The translations under genes were made by a program, and so were the position numbers. The notes below the pieces were generated by a model. The model was not told the DNA's origin. It did not search any database and was given only the letters and a program-made list of their open reading frames with translations. From assembly GCA_964016885.1 (NCBI GenBank), contig OZ024742.1, forward strand, positions 207,948,001-208,012,000: a stretch of DNA of 64,000 nt, written 5' to 3'. Shown one piece after another: positions 51,832-64,000 of this stretch; position 1 is the first letter of the stretch; each line of letters begins with the position of its first letter. The DNA comes from Eledone cirrhosa (taxonomy: Eukaryota).

Positions 51832-52480
51832 AATAATAATGGTTTCTGATATAAGCATAAGACCAACAATATTGGGTGAGGAGAAAGTCGTTTAAATCGA
51901 TTTCAGTGCATTACTAATACTTTATTTTATCAATTCTGTAAAGATGAGGGGCAAAGCTAACATCTGCAGGATTCGAACTCAGAATGTAACGGGACAAAAC
52001 TAGTGGAATGCAAACTTGATTAGATTGAACCCAGTGCATTACTGGTGCTTTATTTTATCGACTCCTTAAAGATGAAAGACAAAGCTAATCCCGGCGTTAT
52101 TTGAACTCAGAACGTTAATGGGGCATAACTATCTCCTACAAAGCAAGTTTTCCGACCCTCTACCGATACTGTTAATCTATCGCCATAGTAGTAATAATAA
52201 TTGTTTCTACTTTTGGCACAAGGCCAGCAATTATCCAAGTACTTTATTTTATCGACCCTGTAATAATGGTTTCTGAATTTAGACAACAATTTCGGGAGAA
52301 GGGAAAGTTGACTTAATCAACCCTAGTGCGTTACTGGTACTTTCTTATTGACCCCTTGAAGGTTGAAAGGAGGGCTAACCTACGCAGGATTTGAACTCTT
52401 AATGAAAAAGACGTAACTATCTCCTGAAAAGCAAGTTGTACGTGGCTCTACCTATACTACTAATCCACCACAATAGGAGT
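51832..52480 (-). mobile_element. Cluster of about 4 tandem or nested SINE copies, joined mostly by (TAA)n
   Basis: Repeated tactggtactttattttatcgaccc..gatttgaactc modules. Confidence 0.85.
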
Positions 52481-52668
52481 AATAATAGTAATCACAATAA
52501 CAATCTTACATAAAATTATTGGAGGACTGCGTGATTGTGTCAGGGGTATTTTTTCTGAACACGTTAGTAAAATAAGTTGGACTACTTTGAATAAATCATG
52601 AATGAATATTACGTAATTTATCTACTATATTTTGTAGTTGTTGTTTAAACAAATATTCTTATATATAA

Positions 52669-53585
52669 CTAGCAGTTTTACCCGGCGTTGCACGGGATAA
52701 GGGATTTTGGAACGCGGCTATCAACAGAGATAATCATGGAAAAACTGCATGCATGGACAATATGTAAAGAAAATAAACGGAATACTCTGATGGCTGGATA
52801 ATCTTTAAGATTTTCATCGATGAAGCAGGAAAAATGCAGGCTTTCACCTAATGCGGGCCCTGAGGGATCAAGAAAATGAATTTTTTTTATGTGCATAATA
52901 TGCCTTGAAATTTCGGGAAAATCGGCTAGACGTAACGCCTCAAAAAAGCCCTAAAAAGCTGAAAAAATGATGTTTTTCACCTAATGCGGGCCATAACAAA
53001 GTTGGATTGTCTTTGCTCACGGTGTGAAGAGACTGACTAATACATAAATACAATTTCAAGGAAATCGGTTTGACGTAACGACTCAAAAGGGCTCCAAAAC
53101 CTGAAAAAAACGCAGTTTTTCAACTAATGCGGGACCTAAGGGATGAAAAAATTGAATTCTATGTGCATAACACTCCTTGAAACATATGTAATACACATGT
53201 AAAGTTTGAAAAAATTCGGTTGGTTACTTCTCCAGTTTTAGGGATTCAAACTCACATACACACACACACACACAGAGACATCTTACTCAGGTAAGTGATG
53301 TAATGCAGACAGCCAGACATACAGACAGATATTATAAGGGCGCGACGTTATATGTATGTATCTATCTACAAAGAGAAAGACTAAGAATTATAGAGAGAGA
53401 TCGCTAAATCGCCCAATGCGGTCCCTAGGGCTTTCAAAATTTGACATTTTCTTGCTCAGAACACTCTCTGAAACATAAGTATTACATGTGTAAAATTTGA
53501 AAACAGTCGGTTGTGTGGTTCTCGAGTTTTAGGGATTCAAACTGACACACAAACAGACAGACATCCTCAGTTTTATATATATAGA
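52669..53585 (-). mobile_element. Non-autonomous Helitron
   Basis: 5' TCTATATATAT; 3' hairpin cccgtgcaacgccggg + CTAG; internal cacctaatgcgggcc repeats. Confidence 0.85.
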
Positions 53586-53759
53586 CTAGCAGAAAACCAC
53601 CCGGTGGGTGGTTTTCTGCTAGTCGATATATATTTAACACACACACAAACACACAAACACAAACACAGACACACACACACATACATATATATATATACAC
53701 CCATGTTCATATTTTGAGATGCATTATTCTCAAATCAGAGAGAGAGATAGCAACCACGC

Positions 53760-55215
53760 GCGCACGTGTTTCCACTGTTTCCACTCCAAGATGTTCTTCA
53801 GCGCTATCGGGGAGGTCTACGGAACCCCCAAGCCTGTGACCACACCACTCCTGTCTGCTGACGGCTCGACCCTACTGAAGGAGAAGAGCAGCATCAACTC
53901 GAGGTGGAGAGAGCATTTCAGCAACCTGCTCAACAGACCCTCCCCTGTTAACCCTGCCGCCCTCGACAAGTTCCTACAGAAACCCGTAGTTCGTGAACCT
54001 GATACGGCAATTCCATGACGTCATGACCGGGAAGGTGCGCTCGGACGAAGAAGCATGGGAGCCGTTCGGAATCACCAACGGCGTCAAGCAAGGATGCGTG
54101 CTGGCTCCCGTCCTCTTCAAACTGTTCTTCACCTGCGTGCTCTATCATGACGTCAGGGATCTCGAGCACGGAGTGTATCTTCGATACAGACTGGAAGGGT
54201 CCCTGCTTGACCTTGGTCCCTGACGGCCAAGACAAGCACCGTGCAGAGGATCGTCCTGGAGGCACCTTTTGCTGACGACTGTGCCCTCATGGCCCACAGG
54301 GAGTTTGACCTCCAAGTCATTGTCAACAAGTTCGCGGAGGCCTCCTGCCTCTTCGGTCTCACAATTAGCCTTGGCAAGACTGAGGTCCTGTTCCAGCCTG
54401 CACCTGCCTCCGTCGCCCACCCTCCTTCTATCTCCATCAGAGGCACCCAGCTAAAGACTACTTCAAGTACCTTGGCAGTGTCATCAGCAGCGATGGAAGC
54501 TTCGACAAGGAGAAAAACGCCAGGATCTGCAAGGCCAGTGAAGCCCTTGGCCACCTCAGAACACGCGTCCTGAACCAGCGCTACATCAGGCAGTCCTCCA
54601 AGCTCAAGGTGTACAGGGCCGTTGTTCTCACCAGCCTCCTCTACGGATGTGAGACATGGACCCTGTATAGAAGGCACCTGAAGCAGCTGGAACGGTTCCA
54701 CATGCGCAGCCTGCAGTCAATCATGAACATCAAATGGCAGGACAAGGTCTCCAACCTCGAAGTTATTGACATGGCTGAGACAACCAGTGTCGAAGCTATG
54801 ATACTGAAGAGCCGACTTCGATGGGTGGGACATGTCATCCGGAATGTACGATCACAGGCTTCCGATGCAACTGATGTATGGGGAACTCTGTTCGGGGAAA
54901 CGAAAGCAGGGCAGACCTCTCAAGAGTTCAAAGACAGTGAAATCCAGCATCAATAATACTGGAATCGCCCCCTAAAAAACTCGAGTCCCATGCTCAGGAC
55001 AGGACTGGGTGGCGAACCCTTACCAGACGCGCCAAAGATTCTTTTGAAGAGAAGATATGGACAGAGGTCACTGAGGCCCGTAAAAGGAGGAGAAAGGCAT
55101 CAGCAGCTGGCCCAAGCGATTCCGGTCTCTTCCCCTGCCCCCACTGTCCCCGGACCTGTAAGTGAAGGATCAGTCTCCACAGCCACGTTCGTGCCCATGG
55201 TAGAGGGGAACTAAA
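53760..55215 (+). mobile_element. RTE/BovB-like LINE fragment with internal deletion
   Basis: GVKQGCVLAPVLF, FADDCAL, GLTISLGKTEV, YRAVVLTSLLYGCETW, RLRWVGHVIR, terminal CPHC..HSHVRAH. Confidence 0.92.
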
Positions 55216-55419
55216 GTAAAGAAGATGTCATCATCGTTTACGATGAACAACCAAAAAAGAAGATAGTTGTGTAAAAGGAAGGGGATACACACATATGTCT
55301 TTAAATTATTCACAGTGACACAAACACACACACATATATATATATGACACACATACACGTCTCTAATTTAAGAATGCTGACAAACTCACTCATGCGCACA
55401 TATACCCTGTTCTATTACC

Positions 55420-55865
55420 ACTGTAGAGCTTTGGCCCGGGCAAACATCACCTCAATTTTGAAACCATCTGGGTTGTTCGGAATTGATGGGAAAAGGCCTA
55501 ACGGTCTTAGCCTGCGATCCTGGTCAAGAGGCAGATGCCTTGTCTGGGACATCACAGTTAGTGACTCTTTTGCTTCTTCCCACATCCAGGATGTCACAGT
55601 AAGGGCGAGAGCCACAGCATCCGCAACTGAACAGAACAAAATCCTAAAATACCGTGATCTGTTGGCTAACTACATTTTCCGGCCTGTGGCGTCCTAGACG
55701 TTTGGGGAAGTCGGGCTTCTGACTGCGAGATTCTTATCGTCACTGGCAGCTCGCCTAACAGAGGTAACTGGTGATTCTCGTAAAGCCCCTTGGTTGTTCC
55801 AGTATCTCAGCCTGGCCATCACCCCAGGTAACGCTGCGAGTGTACTGGCTTACCTAAAAAAATAT
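55420..55865 (+). mobile_element. CRE-like REL endonuclease fragment
   Basis: DGKRPNGLSLRSWSRGRCLVWDITVSDSFASS, KILKYRDL. Confidence 0.8.
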
Positions 55866-55945
55866 TATAGAGGTTTCCCAGTGCTCCCCGTATATTAACT
55901 TTTGTTCTGGTAGTAGCTCTTTGTCCACCCCTTTCGCCTGCCTTT

Positions 55946-56060
55946 TGTTGTATATGGTCCTAGATGTGTGTATTACTTGCTTGTGTGTTGTATGTGGTCC
56001 CAGATGTTACTTGCTTTGTGTTGTATCTGGTCCTAGATGTGTCTATTATCTGCTTGTTAT
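55946..56060. repeat. ~30-40 bp minisatellite, 3 copies
   Basis: tgttgtat.tggtcc.agatgt..ttacttgctt repeated. Confidence 0.75.
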
Positions 56061-56160
56061 GTATGTATATGCACATACGCACACACGTACACATACGCAC
56101 ACATATACACACACGCACACACATATACGTCAGCGCGTTGAAAAACATCCTAATCTCTTC

Positions 56161-56234
<74 letters not shown>

Positions 56235-56329
56235 AAGATACTGAGCTTAGCGTCGTTTTGAAAATTAGCTTTGTTTACAGACAGCGGAAATTCTATTTCA
56301 CTATCTAGTTTATATATACATATATATAT

Positions 56330-56430
56330 AAATATAAATTCAGCGAGAATCACATTTCGGCGGGTAGAAAAAGCGAAATAAAACGCCAAATCAGAGTTAT
56401 GCTGGCAAGCTCTCCATAGTTAAAAAACCC
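56330..56430 (-). repeat. Short dispersed module; copies at 38802-38833, 56932-56970, 59120-59210
   Basis: ttcagcgagaatc.catttcggcgggtagaaaa.gcgaaa..aaacgc..aatcaga. Confidence 0.8.
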
Positions 56431-57040
56431 AGAGCTAAACAATATGTTAAAACGCCATACAAACTGAAAAAGTGGTCAAGAAGACATTAACCACCTAAGC
56501 CAAAAAACAAATCAAGCTAAACAGGTCAAACAAAATAAATGATAAAAACAGACCTGGATCCATTGGAATTGCTCTGTAAAATCCAAATGCAGGGTTTCTA
56601 TGACACCTAAATCAATAATACTGGCTGCTTAAAACTAAAAGCTTTTGATATAATGATCGAACAAGGAATATCACGTTATCAACTGGTATTTTTTTCTGCA
56701 CCAACTTTGTGAATGACGTAGAGCTTTGTAAAACACATGTATAACTCACAAGGGGAAAAAACCCAAGATTTTGACAAATGAATTCAGTATGTGTAAATCA
56801 TGAAAACAAAAATTGCATAAATAGCACAAATCGAATAAGCACTAAACCGGGTAGTTTTTAAAATAATCTTATGGAATTAATCTGTCAATAGAATTATTAA
56901 CAGGTTAATTGTAAGACTCGGGAGATTAATACAAATATAAATTCAGCGAGAATCGTATTTCGGCGGGTATATATATATATCTGTCACATAGTCTATTTGT
57001 ATCTCTCTCTTCACACACTCTCTCGTTCTTTCTCGCTCCG

Positions 57041-57099
<59 letters not shown>

Positions 57100-57390
57100 T
57101 GGTGGTGGTTGTGATATACAGGAAGTATTGAAATTAGAATCTTCTAGAAGAAGTGAATCTTGAAATATGCAATAAAATTATTTATGATTAGTCATTTGTT
57201 ACGAAATTGAGTAGATACATTATGTAATAATCATTATTTATCTATTTAAAATAATCCAACATATTTTACTAACGAGATTAAAAGATATATATTCTGGATG
57301 CTGTCCCGCACTCCTCCCTCTATTATAGTTAAGATATATAAAATAAGTAGACATAATTTTAAAAAATATATTAAAAGGTTTATTATACTA

Positions 57391-57825
57391 CTAGCAGCGG
57401 TACCCGGCGTTGTACGGGATAAGGTATTTTGGAACGCGGGCCGCCAACAGACCGACTGCATGCCTCGTCAATATGTAAAGAGAATAAACCGAATACTCTG
57501 ATGGCTGGATAATCTTTAAGAATTTCCTCGATGAAGCTGGAAAAATGCAGGTTTTCACCTAATGCGGGCCCTAGGCCATAAAGAAATACGATTTTCTTTG
57601 CTCACGGTATATAACAGAGACTGACTAATACATAGTTACAATTTCAAGGAAATCAGTCTGACGTAATGCCTCAAAAAAAACCTAAAAACCTGAAAAAAAC
57701 GCAGTTTTTCACCTAATGCGGGCTAAGGGATGAACATGTTGAATTTTTGTATAACACTCCCTGAACCATAAGTAAGGTTTGAAAAAATTCGGTTGGGTAC
57801 TTTTCGGATTTTAGGGATTCAAACT

Positions 57826-57923
<98 letters not shown>

Positions 57924-58229
57924 CAACCTCAGGGAAGTGGTGTAATGCAGACAGCCAGACATACAGACAGATATTATAAGGGCACGACGTTATATGTATG
58001 TATCTATCTACAAAGAGAAAAACTAAGAATTATAGAGAGTGATCGCTAAATCGCCTAATGCTGTCCCTAGCAAATAGAGAAAATTATAATTTTTTGCTCA
58101 GAACACTCCCTAAAAGATAAGTATTACGTGTGTAAAGTTTGAAAATAGTTGGTCGGGTGCTTCACGAGTTTAAGGGATTTAAACACACACACACACACAG
58201 GCAGACATCATCAGTTTTATATATGTAGA
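57391..58229 (-). mobile_element. Non-autonomous Helitron (same family as 52669-53585)
   Basis: A|TCTACATATAT 5' end; cccgtacaacgccggg hairpin + CTAG 3' end; collinear body. Confidence 0.85.
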
Positions 58230-58984
58230 TGATCATTTCAATCACCGCGTTCAGTATGAATATAGTGATATCACCAGGTATTCGAAATATAACAAAGGAA
58301 TATAATAGACAAAATCCATGGGGCGGCAAATCAGAGACATGAGGGTGACCGATCATTTAGCAGCTACTACCCCGGTCGGCCACCCTCAAGTGGTGATTAT
58401 TAAGCCTACTTATGTCCATGTGGTGAAGTGGCGTAGGCTTATAGTGTATTACTACCACCCCGTCAAAGACAGAGGCCAGCGTTACAATCAAGCTGGTCAT
58501 GAGTGTTAGAAAGTGCCGCGAAAAATATATTTTCGAAGAACATATATTTTCAACAAAGCCACATATAGTACGACATAGTGGGCGTCTGCATTGTATACTG
58601 TATGGACAGAAATTACGATTAACAATTAGAAACATTAAATTTTTAGAGTTAGAAGATGCTATTTAAGATGAAATTAGAAAAATAAGGTTTAGTTTTAAAG
58701 TTGTGAGATTTAGTTAAAGAATTTACAGAAGGAGGCTTTTATGACAAAGTTTTAGTGTATTATAGATAGTCACGATAAAGTTTTAGGGTAGAATATGGAG
58801 TAAAGATTAAGCCCATGCTTAGCGGTCAATAACCAGCGATGTTGTGGACGCCCATCCGTTCAGAGTATTATCTTCTAGCGAAAGAAATGGAAATTTATTT
58901 TTCGGAGCACTGTAGGAATGTTAACTGTCTTAGGCGTCGGGTGTGCTAGCGGGAGGTCCGCCACACTTAGCTGGGACCAAGAAA

Positions 58985-59126
<142 letters not shown>

Positions 59127-59220
59127 ATCGCACTTCGGCGGGTAGAAAAGGCGAAACGAAACGCAAAAATCAGAAATAATGCTGGCAAGCGCTCCATAGC
59201 TAAAAAAAAACATATATATA

Positions 59221-59298
<78 letters not shown>

Positions 59299-59317
59299 AT
59301 ATATATATATGTATATA

Positions 59318-59381
<64 letters not shown>

Positions 59382-59383
59382 TG

Positions 59384-59597
59384 TATGAAAACAGGGAAAA
59401 AGAGACGATTATTAGGAAGAAAAATATATTTTTTTCCTTTTTTGTTTCTCTCTCTCTTTTTTCTAGGTTAGAAAATGATTAAAACGAAATGTTTTGCTTT
59501 GTGCGAAGTGTTAAGGTATTAGTTGATTTATTTATTATTTAACAATGGCATTTATTTATCTATTTATATATTTAATTATTGTCTATTACCGGTTTCA
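59384..59597 (-). repeat. Solo 3' terminal segment of the AT-rich PLE family
   Basis: Reverse complement of 2529-2732, starting at GAAACCGGTA. Confidence 0.85.
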
Positions 59598-59935
59598 TAT
59601 ATGGAGTGCGTGCATGTAATATATCTATATATAATTATAATTTGGAAAAATATCGACGAAGCAAATAACCTCACAACCCCTTGTTTCTTCTATTTTTTAA
59701 TAACATTTTTGCTGTCACCGGTTCTTACTTTCTCTCCGTTTCTCTCTCTCTCTCTTTCTCTCTCTCTCTATGTCTCTCTCTCCCCCTCTCACTTACACTC
59801 TCTTTCTCTCTGCTCTACCTGCTACTTCCGTTTTCTCTAGTCTCTGCCTCTTTTCCCACCGAGGTCAGACTTGTTTTTCTTCGCTCTCACTATCTCGCTC
59901 TCAATAAAGACTCGGACTTATGTTCAGCAGCTAGT

Positions 59936-60007
<72 letters not shown>

Positions 60008-60300
60008 CTCCCGATTACTTACATACATGTGCCTCTCATCGAGTTCCACCCTTTTTCGGTTTGGTCTGTGCGTTTTTTCATTCTTTTTCTCCCTTCTGTT
60101 TAACTTTTTCTCTCACTCCTTTTTTTCCTTCTCTATTATCTTCCACAAGTTATTGACGCACTGGACATATTGTCTTTAATGCGTTGAAATGTCTGTGTTC
60201 TCCAGCAGACAGCTGAAGAGGGGACTGTCCCCGTTTGTGCTTCCCTTTTATTTCTAAATAAAATTTATCACGGAACCACACATCCCCTTGTTTCTTCTAA

Positions 60301-60357
<57 letters not shown>

Positions 60358-60386
60358 GATCAAAAGATGGTTAAAAGAGTTCCAAG

Positions 60387-60457
60387 TATTTTATTATGCG
60401 CATTTCAAAAACAAATATCATCATGGGATGATATCTGCGTTTTTATCAGATAAAATA
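60387..60457 (-). ncRNA. Hammerhead-like motif, perfect 8 bp stem I, CTGATAA core
   Basis: tattttat-CTGATAA-aaacgcagatatcatc(ccat)gatgatatttgttttt-GAAA-tgcgca-TA-ataaaata. Confidence 0.7.
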
Positions 60458-60683
60458 GGGATACATGATATGAAGCTTAAAAAGCATTTGTGAATAGTGA
60501 AGTTTTAAATCAATATATATATATATATTTTTTTTTTTTAGTATATGTTGGTTGTTTACCGACACATCAATATGCAGATTGGAGCACTCGACGAAGTACG
60601 CAGGTTGGTTTGGTTACTCCGGAGTAATGTAAAATAAAGTAATTAAGTTAAATATTTAAAATTTGGATTCGTTTATTAAAGAT

Positions 60684-60734
60684 GTACTGCTATATATATT
60701 TCGTATATATAGCTGTGACCTCTTCAGGTAGTCC
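60684..60734 (-). ncRNA. Hammerhead-like motif
   Basis: ggactac-CTGAAGA-ggt..ac-GAAA-tatata-TA-gcagtac. Confidence 0.55.
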
Positions 60735-60887
60735 GAATTGGTGTGGTAGAGACAGGTACACATGTTATTAAAGTGTTTTACTCCGTCAATACTCCGATAT
60801 GTCCAATTCCTGGTTGGGTTGTTATTTCTCTGAGGAACTGGAATCATATATTCTACGGTAACCAAAGAAAATCAAACTTGTATACGT

Positions 60888-61115
60888 CCTAGGGCCCGCA
60901 TTAGGTGAAAAACTTCATTTTTTCAGCTTTTTAGGGCTTTTTTGAGGCGTTACGTCTAGCCGATTTTCCCGAAATTTCAAGGCATATTATGCTCATGAAA
61001 AAATTCATTTTCTTGATCCCTACGGCCTTTTTCCTGGTTCATCGAGGAAAATCTTAGATTATCCAGCCATCAGATTATTCGGTTTATTTTCTTTACTAAT
61101 TGTCCAGGCATGAAC
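60888..61115 (+). mobile_element. Internal fragment of the non-autonomous Helitron family, opposite orientation
   Basis: Reverse complement of ~52750-52995. Confidence 0.8.
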
Positions 61116-61292
61116 TGGGAGTAAGGTCCTATACATAACAGGGGTTATAGAGAAATGGCGGAATTGGAAATAGCACGGAAAATATATTTAAGGATTTGTT
61201 TTTCTTTTTTTTTTGTTTCTTTGATTCGTCAAAGTGACATTATTGAAAAAATTAGAGGAACAATTCGTTAACAAAAAGGAGTTAATATATAT

Positions 61293-61346
61293 AAAATACA
61301 ACCGGTTTCGATGTATCAAGTGTAAAACATCTTATCAAATGTTTAA
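61293..61346 (-). ncRNA. Hammerhead-like motif, TTGATAA core
   Basis: aaacat-TTGATAA-gatgt(12 nt)acatc-GAAA-ccgg-TT-gtattt. Confidence 0.6.
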
Positions 61347-61415
61347 TATTAATATTAAAAAGAATTAAAATAAAAAAATGTAACTTAGTGTTGAAAAGGT
61401 CTCTTCATCTTTCTT

Positions 61416-61590
61416 TGGCAGTATCGGTAGAAGGTCGGACGCCATACTTTGCAGCATGGGGTTATGCCCCTTTATGATCTGAGTTCAAATCCCGCCGAGG
61501 TTAACTTTGCCTTTCATCCTTACGGGGTCGATAAAATAAAGTAGCAGTAATGTACTGTGTAATTGGTGGCCTTGCGCCCAAAATAGAAAC

Positions 61591-61596
<6 letters not shown>
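61416..61596 (+). mobile_element. tRNA-derived SINE
   Basis: Family A/B boxes and body. Confidence 0.9.
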
Positions 61597-61680
<84 letters not shown>

Positions 61681-61779
61681 CTGTGTGTGTCTGTGTGTTT
61701 GCGACTGTGTGTTTGTTTGTAAACCCAGGCGTGAGATATTTAAGGAGGAATTAGATTATCATAGATAATGAGTCACTAG

Positions 61780-62112
61780 CGATCGAATGATATTATGTTA
61801 CACACAAAGGAAGATTCACTGAGTTGAAGGTAGATGCGTATGAATGTGAAATCTTATTTAAGTATATACGAAAGTCGTGAACCACGTATGGTCCCTCAAA
61901 GACTCAGGCGTAGATTACTCCATCCAATGAAAAGCTATTACTAAGTCGAAGACATACACAAGGGGAAATCCGTCCTGCGGTCTATGTATGCACTGAAGAA
62001 AGGATCAATTTCCTGAGATTACGTATTGCCGATTGCCTAAATTCAAGGAATGAACTTTTTTCACGTTATCCACACGCGTGGAAACACCTATTGGATAAAG
62101 CTCCAGAATGAC
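61780..62112 (+). pseudogene. C-terminus of Naiad-like PLE GIY-YIG endonuclease
   Basis: VNHVWSLKDSGVDYSIQ*KAI..SKTYTRGNPSCGLC..EERI..CLNSRNELF..HAWKHLL. Confidence 0.65.
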
Positions 62113-62288
62113 TAACATGAACAATCTAATATCCTGACTAACTCAAGTAATTTATTCCGGACATCCCTTAAATCGGTCAATCGTGGGATTACATCGCCCA
62201 GGAGAAGTGACCGTTTCTGCGAATGCGTAGTCGTACGGTTGTTTTTCCTTTTCCGTACAACTTCATTCAGACCGAGTTGAAGATCCAC

Positions 62289-62340
62289 ATAAGGTGAAAC
62301 ATTTGTTCTCGGTATGGTGAACTAACTGTTGTGGATCTAC

Positions 62341-62423
<83 letters not shown>

Positions 62424-62545
62424 TCTCTCTCTCTCTCTCTCTTTATATATATATATATATAAAAAGAGAGAGAGAGAGGGAGAGAGAGAGAGAGAGAGAA
62501 GTAGATCCACAACAGTTAGTTCACCATACCGAGAACAAATGTTTC

Positions 62546-62552
<7 letters not shown>
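62289..62552. repeat. Palindrome with 54 bp unique arms extended by (CT)n/(AG)n, centred on (TA)n
   Basis: ataaggtgaaacatttg..ggatctactt / aagtagatcc..caaatgtttcaccttat. Confidence 0.92.
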
Positions 62553-62592
<40 letters not shown>

Positions 62593-62855
62593 TATAGAGT
62601 AAAGCATGTCCAGAGAATTATTTGATAATATATATACATCATCTCTACTCCCAATCAGCACAATTAACCACACAAAAAAATCAATTAGACCAGGCTATAA
62701 GAATAAAAGGCATCTATGAAGAAACAGTAAATAAATACGCTATCGTGGCGTCTTCGCGTGCAACAGCTTTTATTAATTCTCCATTGAGCCACATCGTGAA
62801 AAGTTGCAAAAACACATATATACCTGTGACTTTGTTTAATTGGTGTATATGTAAA

Positions 62856-62907
<52 letters not shown>

Positions 62908-63476
62908 TTTTTGAAGCCTTAACAATGCAGATGGGTAAATCTCCTGGTAACAGAATCAGCTGTGGTAATGAGAGAGAGAGAGATGTAAGAGGAAGTGTAG
63001 AAAGAGACATAGAGAGCGTAAAAGAGCGTGGGAAAAGTGTAAAAATAATAACACGAGGTAGAGTTACTTTGGAAGTCATTTAATTGTCCCTATATTTCGC
63101 ATTTCACATCCATCAACTGGCGGTTTTCGAGGGGTAAAATGTTGTGTTGTAGAAGGACAACACGTGGCCTTCATTGTTTATCGTGTCCGTACAACTGAAA
63201 TACTTTATCGGGCGCGTGAGTGCGCGGAAATGTTGCGGTTGGATAAAGTTCGCAGCAGTTCTGCTGTACTAGAGTAGTGTGGTGGTGGTGGGTTAGTGTG
63301 AAAGTATCATCGCTGTCAAATCTTTGCGTTCTGTCACTGGTAGTGGGGACAATGGCAGGCATGGTGATAGTAGTCTGCGGTAGTCTGCCCGGAGCTTTTC
63401 CCATCAGCATCGTTGAGGCTTCCAAAAAGTCTAATTTTATTATTGCACAATGCTTCAAGCAAAATTCAATACTCTG

Positions 63477-63541
<65 letters not shown>

Positions 63542-63552
63542 TACATACATAC

Positions 63553-63586
<34 letters not shown>

Positions 63587-63677
63587 ATCCCGGGTTCATT
63601 CGGGGGGCAGCCACAGTATGTAAGGTACTCAATACATAGCACAGTAAAGATGTTTAATATAAAAATGGCTTCTACAG

Positions 63678-63720
63678 GACTAGAACTGTTTTCATTCAAA
63701 GGAAATCATCAGGGCAGTTG
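63678..63720 (-). ncRNA. Hammerhead-like motif in a PLE-terminus module
   Basis: CTGATGA-t-ttc(cttt)gaa-t-GAAA-acagt-TC; homolog at ~28015-28040 has lost stem II. Confidence 0.5.
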
Positions 63721-63890
63721 TCTGACAATGTGAAATGGTAGTTTGTATGAATACCACCATACAACATTGACACTCGGAATTTTCATGAACGATGATGATG
63801 ATGATGATCATCATCATGATGATCATGATGATCATGATGACGTCCAATATTCACAGTTTTTCACTCTTCCCGAATACCGGGGGATAACTG

Positions 63891-63959
<69 letters not shown>

Positions 63960-64000
63960 TTGTGTGTGTGTGTGTGTGTGGTGTGTGTGTGTGTGTACGG

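Noticed and set aside
51832-52480. CRISPR-like repeat/spacer array
   Set aside because: Repeats are long diverged SINE bodies with irregular spacing, no cas genes, eukaryotic context
61925-61932. In-frame TGA as selenocysteine in a Naiad-like element
   Set aside because: Falls at a position expected to be Trp, not Cys; the equivalent codon near 8622 is TAG; no convincing SECIS
61990-62020. CTGAAGA-aagg..cct-GA as a hammerhead
   Set aside because: Lies within GIY-YIG coding remnant (TEERI); lacks GAAA and stem I
63790-63842. GAT/CAT alternating repeat as a functional hairpin
   Set aside because: Explained by simple-repeat slippage and inversion

Overview
AT-rich, microsatellite-dense eukaryotic (animal) DNA made almost entirely of transposable elements and their debris. 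The SINE and microsatellite landscape suggests a cephalopod such as an octopus; this is inferred, not proven. No intact host gene, rRNA, true tRNA or CRISPR array is supported, and most ORF-track entries are translated microsatellites or antisense frames. Recognisable content: (1) at least three Penelope-like retroelement (PLE) families (RT + GIY-YIG); (2) L1/Tx1-like LINEs, including a near full-length decayed copy flanked by a ~0.5 kb direct duplication; (3) an R4/Dong-like and three CRE-like REL-endonuclease fragments; (4) an RTE/BovB-like fragment; (5) a full-span decayed Helitron (Rep + Pif1 helicase) and several non-autonomous Helitrons; (6) a Chapaev3-like DNA transposon nested in a Helitron; (7) about 10 tRNA-derived SINE copies. 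The most notable hidden layer is about 10 hammerhead-ribozyme-like motifs at PLE ends and in short orphan modules between (TA)n tracts. These include U3:A8-type cores and two with ~80-90 nt stem II insertions. They occur alongside many long fold-back palindromes.
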